DNA from: Marinagarivorans cellulosilyticus
GTDB taxonomy: Bacteria; Pseudomonadota; Gammaproteobacteria; Pseudomonadales; Cellvibrionaceae
Reading direction: 5' to 3'
Length of the DNA stretch: 32,000 nucleotides
Assembly: GCF_021655555.1 (NCBI RefSeq)
Contig: NZ_AP023086.1
Coordinates: 1,579,182-1,611,181 of the forward strand
Shown here: one piece after another, positions 9,611 through 18,900 of the stretch
Numbering within the stretch: the first letter of the stretch is position 1
Layout of the letters: each line of letters starts with the position of its first letter
Translations under genes and position numbers: made by a program
Notes under the pieces: model-generated
Database searches by the model: none
Told to the model about the DNA's origin: nothing
Seen by the model: the letters and a program-made list of their open reading frames with translations, nothing else

Positions 9611-9956
9611 CACCTTTCGGTGCTCCTCTAAAATATCAACTCAACATTAATGTATTCACTAAATTGTAATCTCCCTCTTATAAATCACGCGTTAATCTCG
9701 TGGCGTGATATAGCCTTTCAAATTTGCAAATCTTAATTCCAATTTTCATCCTTTCAAAATAAACCATTCAAGCCTAGCATGCACAACCTGAAAATATAGG
9801 TGCGCTTTTTTATTGTGTGGTTATGTTCCAATTCTGCTTTCTATTTGTCGAAAAATAATTATTAGCGTTGTCGTTGTAATTAAGTCTGCGTGAAATATCT
9901 TTCAGTGCTTTATAGGTTTCTGATTGGTCTTGCTGCGGAGTTCTTTGAGTTAAGTA

Positions 9957-12900
9957 TTGGGTGTGAGGATGGATCATCAAAAGTTTAGCTGTTTAATAAT
10001 TGGCGGGACGAGTCTTTTAATTGAATGTGCCAATAAATGGATTGTAAATGGCCATGTAATTAAACTTGTAGTTACCGACGATAATGATGTAGAGCGTTGG
10101 GCAAAGGGTCATGATATCGAGGTGATCCGAAAAGGGTCTAGCGATTACCTCGATCGCGTCATGGGAATGAACTTCGATTATCTATTTAGTATCGTCAATT
10201 TAGATATTCTACCTAAGGCAATTATTAATGCCCCAGCTATTTTAGCGATTAATTATCATGACGGACCTTTGCCAAAGTATGGCGGAATTCACGCAACATC
10301 CTGGGCAATTGCGAACCAGGAACCTTCCCACGGAATATCTTGGCATGAAATGCTTATTGGCGTCGATGAGGGGAGAATTATTAATCAGCAAGTTTTCGAT
10401 ATTGAGGAAGGTGAAAGCGCCTTTACCTTGAATTTGAAGTGCTTTGAGTATGCCATAGAAGGATTTGACCAATTAGTAAGCTCTATTGAGGCAGGTAGCC
10501 TAGAATTAATAAGTCAGGATTTGAGTGAGAGAAGCTATGTTGGAAAATACAAACGACCAAAGCAGTTAGCTGTTATTGATTGGAATCGGCCCTCAAAAGA
10601 AATTGTTAGCTTCGTAAAAGCCCTCGACTTTGAACATGTTGAGAATCCCTTAGGTATTGCAAAAGTTCATATTAACAACCGCTTCTTCCAAGTGAAGGAG
10701 GCTCAGTCGACGGGCACGCGCTCCTCCGGCCGACCGGGAGTGGTGGAATCAATTGGCCCGAATTATGTAGAAGTAAGCACCACTACAGAAAGTGTAAAAC
10801 TAAGAGATTTTAAAACACTCTGTGGTCAAGAGCTTGATTTCAATTCGATTACCAATGAGCTAAAAGAAGGTGCCGATCTAAATTTCTATTGCTTTGATAA
10901 CGAGCAAACAATTTATGAAGAAAGCGCAAAAAGGGAGGTCTTCTGGGTGCGTAAGTACCAGGAGGCCGTGAAGGTCACTAAGAAAAAATCGGGCTTGCCA
11001 AAGGAGCCTTCGTATAGGGCATCCATTCCATTGACGGATTATGAAATGGATGCCCTTCAGAACAATTCGATTGCGGCGGTTATTTCTTTGCTTGGCGCGT
11101 TTATAGCCTGGAGCAGAAGAGGGCAGGGGTTTTGCGTTGGTTTGCGGTGTTCAGAATCTCCAGTTGAAGGGTATTTTTTTGATACCCACCCTTTAGTCAT
11201 GGAAGATGCTTCGGGTATGTCTTTTGAGGATATAGCAAGCAAAATTGAACTTCAGCTTAGGGAAATAACAAAAAATGAACATTGTCCCATTGATATATTC
11301 TCTCGCTATTCGTCTCTCAACTCTCAGAGCGTAAAAGGGAATTGTTACGAATATGATTTTATCGTCGATGTAAATGAAAGTATCGACTATGACAATGATT
11401 ACGTATTGGACGACCAAGTTCGCCTTAATCTTTCACTAGAAAATAATGAGTGGAACGTTATAGCTGGACCGAAATTCGATAAAGATCTACTAGAACGATT
11501 TACGAAATATTACAGTCTATTTTCGAGTTCTATCACCACGAAGCCTTCGGCAAAAAGAGAGGCGCTGTCTGGGTTAAGCCTCATTAGTGGGGCTCAAATA
11601 GCCGAAATCGACGGGCTAAACGATACTCGCGTTGCCATGCCGAATAAGAGTGTTTGTGAGATTATATTAGATAAAGCATCTGAAACACCAAATGCCATTG
11701 CTGTTATCTCCTCGAGTACGGAATATTCCTACCAACAATTGCAGGATCGAGTATCTGAAATTTCCGGCTGTTTAATAAGCCTTGGGATAAAATCGGGCGA
11801 TCGCATTGGTATCTTGCTCAATCGTTCGTTTGATATGGTCGCTGCGTTTATCGCGACAATGAAGGTTTCTGCAGTCTATGTTCCTTTAGACCCAATCTAT
11901 CCACCGGATAGGCTTCAACACATGATTGAAGACAGTGGGTTAAAGGTCTTAATTTCTGTAGAAAACATTCTGTCCAAACTTGAAAATTACAATGGCTCAT
12001 CCCTTTTACTGGATAAGGACATGTTTGGTGGGACGGATGATCTCGCTCAATTCCCAGGCATCGAAGACAGTGCGTACATTATTTACACGTCCGGTTCGAC
12101 GGGTAAGCCGAAAGGCGTAGAGATAAACCACAAGAGTCTAACCAATTTTATTTTATCAATGGCAGAGGAGCCAGGGCTCTCCAAGGACGACCATTTACTT
12201 TCCGTGACAACGGTTTGCTTCGATATTGCGGCTTTGGAGATATACCTTCCTCTAACGCAGGGTGCCACTTTGGAGCTCTGCACTGAAATGGAGGCTAAGG
12301 ATGGATTTGCTTTATTAGAGAAGCTAGAGCAAGGGCGTATTACGGCTCTACAAGCAACGCCAACTACTTGGGAAATGTTAATTGCAGCTGGTTGGGAAGG
12401 AAAAGAAAAAATAAAAGCCATGTGCGGTGGTGAGCCGCTAAGAAGAGAGTTAGCTCTGAAACTAATTCCAAGATGCTTCGAACTTTGGAATATGTATGGT
12501 CCAACTGAAACGACAATTTGGTCATCCATAAAGCTGATTAAAGATGCGGATGAGATTACAGTAGGGCGGCCGATTGCGAATACCACGATGTATGTCCTGG
12601 ATGAAAGTTTAAAACCCGTTTGGCCAGGGGAAAAAGGCGAATTGTTTATCGGGGGCGCTGGCGTTGCTGTCGGCTATTGGAACAGGGAAGAATTAACCAA
12701 AGAAAGATTTGTTAGCCAATCCATTTTTAATCGAAGCCCTGAGCGCCTATATAGAACAGGCGATGCTGCTAAATTATCGACCCATAATGAAGTTGTTTGT
12801 CTGGGGCGAATGGATAACCAGATTAAGCTCAATGGCTACCGAATAGAGCTGGGCGAAATTGAATCTACAATCGAATCTATCAGTGGTATAGAAAAATGCG

Positions 12901-15900
12901 TGGTGATTCTTTTTGAGTCGATGGGAGAATCTAAACTGCATGCATTTTTATTAATGGATGATGAAGGTAAGCAACCTAAAGTCAGCGAGTTATCGGCAAG
13001 CATCGCAACAAAACTGCCTGAGTACATGGTTCCAAGTGAGTATCAGTTTGTTTCTGAATTTTCTTTGACGCTGAATGGCAAAGTTGACCGCAAGGAATTA
13101 CTGAAGCGCTTAGATGACAGGCCACCTAAAACTACAGCAAAGGACAACTTGGATCTACCCCAGTCCAATTCAATTGCATATAAACAACTAGAACAAAACC
13201 TAGAGGATAATAAAGGTAGTACTGGTTCTGAAGCTGAGCTTAAACAAGCTGCTTGCGCGCGCTCAGTTACCGGTGCCTTATACGATTTGTTAGCTAATGA
13301 TCTAGAGAATATTGTTAAAGAATTAATTCACTTGGATGACATAGATCGCGATTTACCGTTTGGGCAATACGGTTTTAATTCGCTGGGCTTTACTAGATTC
13401 AGCGCTGAGATAAGAAATAGATACAATGTTCGCGTTAGTCCCGCAACCTTTTACAGTCACAGTAACCTCAACAAATTAGTCGACTTTTTAATCGATGGTA
13501 AGTATTCAGCTGAAATTAGCGAATACTACCGAGAGGTTTTGGTAGAAAATTACCGCGATGTCGAGGAACCTTTGTATAGCGGCGATCAGGACAGCGATGC
13601 CCAAAAAGGAAGTTCACAAAACTCGGGCGTCTCTGCCATGCCATTGGAGGATACAAAAGACGGCAAACATATCAATGGTTCATTTAATTCTAGAGAGCCG
13701 ATAGCGGTCATTGGAATGTCTGTAAAAATGCCGCAAGCCGATAACCTAGATGAATATTGGGAAAACTTGATCAGCAGGAAGGATTGTGTCACTCATATCC
13801 CGGAGTCACGATGGGACTGGAAGAACACGGATTTTGAGCAACGAAGCGAAAACCCCTATAAGTGGGGTGGATTTATTCCTCATGCGGCAAGTTTTGATGC
13901 TTCGTTTTTCAAAATATCACCGAGAGAAGCGGAGCTTATGGATCCGCAGCAGCGCCTATTTTTACAAGCTTCCTATCATGCAATAGAAGATGCCGGTTAT
14001 TGCCCGGACGAACTCAACGGAAGTGATACGGGCGTTTATGTTGGCGTCGTTACCTCTGACTATTGGGATCTTATCCAAAGAGAAGACATAAGCCCTGATG
14101 GCTATACCATTTCCGGGAACATTAATTGTGTCATCGCGAATCGTATTTCCTATCATTTTAATTTTACAGGGCCTAGCTCGGTAATCGATACGGCCTGCTC
14201 GAGCTCCCTTGTTGCCCTGCATAGGGCAGTGCAAGCGATGCGAAGCGGGGAGTGTTCGCAAGCGGTTGTCGGTGGCGTCAACATCATCGCCAGCCCGTAT
14301 ATTCACCATTCTTTTAGCAAAAACGGAATGCTCAGTAAAGATGGTCGTTGCATGTCCTTCGATCATCGGGCGAATGGATATGTGCGCAGCGAAGGTATTG
14401 CAGCTGTCATATTAAAGCCCTTATCAGCTGCCGAGCGCGATGGCGACAAAATTTATGGAACCATACTAGGTACCGCCGAAAACCACGGAGGAAAGGCTAA
14501 TTCCTTGAGTGCGCCAAGCGGAGAGGCTCAATCTCAGCTTATACAAAAAGCGATCAAAAATGCTAACGTCGACCCGAATACCATTAGTTACATTGAAGCG
14601 CATGGCTCGGGTACACCACTAGGTGACCCCATTGAAATTGCCGGTATTCAAAACGCTTATGAGTCATTGGGTGTCGATTCAGATCACCAGGATGAAATTT
14701 GCGGAATCGGTTCTGTTAAATCGAATGTTGGTCATTTGGAGGCGGTAGCCGGTTTGGCCGGCCTGGTCAAAGTTCTACTATCGTTAAAAAACGAAGTCAT
14801 CCCTGGTATGCCAAATTATGAGGCGAAAAATCCTCACATTGATTTGAATGAAAACTTATTTCAATTTGTAAGCCGGCCTAGAGAATGGAAAAGAAAAAGT
14901 GGCGTAGGTAACGGTGCAGGTCGTAGAGCTGGTGTTAGCTCGTTCGGTTTCGGTGGTGTTAATGCCCACGTGATAGTGGAGGAGTATCAGGCGCGAGATG
15001 AATCGCAATCCGGCAATCGCGCGAATGCATTGCTAATTTCGGCGCCAAATAAAGATAAATTGGAAAGGCTCGTTCAGCAATACTTGGTACATACCTTAAG
15101 TGATGGGGGAAATACCTGGGAGGAGATTTGCTATACGAGTCAAGTTGGCCGGCAGCACTTTGATGAGCGTTTGATTGTTTGCGCGGCTTCCAAGCAGCAG
15201 GCAAAAAACGCGCTAGAAAAGCATGTTGATCGTTGGGGCTCGGCTAATGAAGTTCTTTCTGGAAATGTTCGTGAGCAAAAAGAAATACTGGATAAGCTAT
15301 TCTCTAATATCGGCAATACAAGCATTGTTAAAACGCTGATAGAACAAAAACAATTTAATAGCATTGCCCAGTTTTGGTTGGCAGGGAGTGAGGTAAATTG
15401 GCGCGCGCTGTATGAAGCTGCGAAGATTAAACGTGCATCCTTGCCGCTACATCCATTTGCGCAGACGACATTTTGGTTACCGAATAAGAGTACGCATTTA
15501 TTTGAGGCCGAGCTTCAAAACGCTATTAGAGAAAATAGCCATTTAGATCACCCATTTTATGACAGCCTCGCCGCTTCTTGTGGCAACCTAATATTCTCCC
15601 TAGATCCGAAAGACCCTATTGTCGGTGACCATATTGTCGACAGCAAAGTCATTTTCCCCGCCGTTGGATATTTGGAGTTTGCTAGGCTCGCTGGGGATCA
15701 ATTTAATCGAGAAAATTTAAATCTACCGGTTGTAAAACTAAAAAACAATGTGTGGTTTCACGCACTAGATGTGGGCTTTCACGAAAGTAACAAGAAGCTT
15801 TCAATACGCTTAGAAAACCGTAAATCCAAAGTGGTATACACAATCGAATCGATGTCTGAGCTGTCAAGCGGACAAGTTCATGCTCGTGGAGAAATTGAAT

Positions 15901-18900
15901 ACGGCGAAAAACCAAGTGGCCTAGTGGTAACAATTGATATTAATGATATTAGAAAACGCTGCAATCTGAAGCTGGAAAGAAAAGCGGTTTATGATCTTTT
16001 CTCGCAATTAAAGTTTGAGTACAAAACCGGCTATATGCCCCTTGAAGAGGTGTACTTGAATGACAAGGAAGCGCTATCTCGAATAACCCTTCCCGAGAAG
16101 TTCGAAAATAAAGAGTCAATAGTATTACACCCCTCTCTGCTGGAAGGAGGAATTCAAACAGTGATTGGGATTCTTTCTCATCCCAGCCACGACTCGAGTA
16201 GTGCGTACTTACCGTTTTCGATGAGCTCGATAACCATTAATGAGAAATTGTCGTCAGAGTGTTATATCCATGCCAAGCTGGTGAGTGATGAACTTAGCGA
16301 GCGAAGAGGGGTAAGGACATTTGATATAGATATTTATGATATCAGTGGAACACTACTCGTAAAAATTGAAGGGTACTCACTAAAAACGCTAAACGCACTA
16401 GCGGACAACGGTAATCAAACATCTCCGAGTGCATCAAATGTATTCCACTGTTTTAAGAAAACGTGGGCGCAAGAGCCGCTATCACCAATCGAGGGGTTCC
16501 ACTTTGAAACAATTTTGCTGTTTAGCAATGAGCAAGAGAGCGTCGATTTAATTCAGGCCCACATTGGGACTGATATTCGAGTGATCCAAGTTATGGAAGG
16601 CGATCGCTTTACAGAGTTGTCACCGAGCAAGTTTGTATCTAAAGGAGACAAGGAGAGCTTGTCAATATTGCTGGAACAAATTGGCGAGCCTTTAGATGCG
16701 ATAATATATGGGTGGGGCCACGAACGCGGAGCGACAGACGAAAGCAACGTAAACGAGCATATTGAACAAACAATTATTCCGCTCTTTAATTTATGCTCTA
16801 TTCTTTCAAACCCGATCTATAAAGGTATTAATCTTCGGTTGTTATGTTTGGCACATATTGACCACGGTGAAATTAACCCCGTACAAATGGGAATGGGAGG
16901 GCTTTTAAGATCGCTCTACCAAGAAACACGAGCATTGAAAGGCTCCTTGGTTTGTTTGGAAGCTTTGTCTGAGAATAATGTTAAGCCGCTGATAGCTGAA
17001 ATCGCTGCAGATCAATGTTATTCGGAGATCAAAATACAAGATGGTTCTAGGCAGGTTTTAAACTACAAAGCCAAATCAGTTCCAGTATTCATTGAAGAGA
17101 ATAAATTTCCCGTCAAACCACATGCAATATATTTGGTAACTGGTGGTACGGGTGCAATTGGTAGAAAAATTATCGAGCATCTGCATTCAATTGCAGGAGC
17201 TAAATTCATCGTTATCGGTCGTCGCCCTCTATCATCTGACGTTAAACTGGCGTGGAATAATAAGGGTGTTAATTATCAGTATCACAGTGCTGATTTAAAC
17301 CGCTTTGATCAGATTCAATCGATAATTCAGGGGTTGGGTGTTGATGCAAGTAAAATTAAAGGAGTAATTCATTGCGCGGGTAGCATTGATGATGGGCTAC
17401 TTTCCAAAAAATCGAGTGACCAAATTTATTCAGTCATCCAAGCTAAAGCTGTCGGGTTGTATACCCTCGATATACTAACCAAAAATATCCAGCTGGATTT
17501 TTTCTGCTGCTTCTCATCGATATCTTCGGTGATGGGGAATATGGGGCAGACGGATTATGGCTATGCCAATGCAGTAATCGATCAATTTGTAGAAAACAGA
17601 TCCCAGCAGTTTGAAAAAGGTGAGCGCAGTGGAGTTTCACTGAGTATTAACTGGCCTCTCTGGCTCGACGGTGGTATGCAAGCTGATGAGGTCGCGACAA
17701 ACTACTTCAAAAAGTCTACCGGAATACACCCAATAACCACGGAGACAGGCATGTCTATGCTAGCTTACGCGGTAAATAAAGAGAGCGGCCAAGTTATTTT
17801 AAGTGCAGGGGACGATAAGAAAATACTCGGTGCGATGAGTTTACGTTCAAGCATTCAAAATAAAAGCAAGCACAAGCCAAAATCAGAAGTTTTACTTAAA
17901 TCTGTAAAGGCGCCACTTTCTTGCGCAAGCGCCATGGACCAATCGAAAGCTAACTTATCTCAAACGGTTGTTGAAGAACTGATTACTATTTCTGAAGGTA
18001 TTCTAAAAGTTGATTCTGGGTCCATAACTCAAGATACACGTTTAGCTGATGCGGGCTTTGATTCGATAAGTAATACGGAATTAACCACTGCAATCAATGA
18101 TTTATACTCGGTTGATGTCACACCCATCATATTCTTTGAGTACGAAACCTTGGGCGAGGTCACAGAGTTTTTATTAAAGGAATATAGGGATAGCATCGTC
18201 GAACATTGTGGCGAACAGCCCAGCGCGGTCGATAATATTATTCTAGAAGCAACCGATAGTGAGCAGATAGGGGCTTCGGCTCATTCTTTAAGAGAGAATG
18301 GCGAAGCCCTCAAAGATCTTGTTATTGATGAGTTAAAAAGTTTATCCGCTGCGATTTTAAAAATTGGTAAAGAGCAAATATCGGCAGATGAAAAAATGGC
18401 AGACTTGGGCTTTGATTCCATATCCAATACGGAATTGAGCACTGCAATTAACGATGTCTTCGATGTGGATATGACCCCAGTCGTGTTTTTTGAGTGCGAT
18501 ACTCTCGCTGAGGTGAGTGAGCACTTGATTGATGAGTACAGCGAGAGTTTAGAGCGTTATGCGGATGAAAAAGGCCTTAGTCAGCAGGTAGAGCATAGCG
18601 AAAAGGTAAGTACACCCATTATAGCAAGTGAGAAAGAAAGCCTAAGTTCTAGTGAAGCGCCAAGCCCAGAGGCCAGCCGCCAAGATGGAAATGTTGCTTC
18701 AAAAAATATTACAACGAGTGATATTGCCATCGTTGGAATGCAAGCGGCACTGCCGGGCTCCAATGGGCTAGATGATTTTTGGGAAAAATTGTTGAGCGGA
18801 ACAGATTTTGTGGGCGAGATCCCTGAAAATCGCTGGTCCTGGCAAGAGGTGTATGGAGAAGCTGGGCCGGAAGGTAAAACTCGATCCAAATGGGGGGCCT

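Noticed and set aside
12083-12586. Minus-strand ORFs inside megasynthase 1 (for example 12083..12586, 13962..14366, 18581..18889)
   Set aside because: They are antisense to a strongly supported NRPS/PKS frame, have no recognisable domain or start context, and fit chance open frames.
14990-15530. Possible AT domain between KS1 and DH
   Set aside because: The region reads as a post-KS linker (QVGRQHFDERLIVCAAS...VNWRALYEAAKIKRASLPLHPFAQTTFWL) and has no GHSxG or other AT motif, which supports trans-AT architecture.
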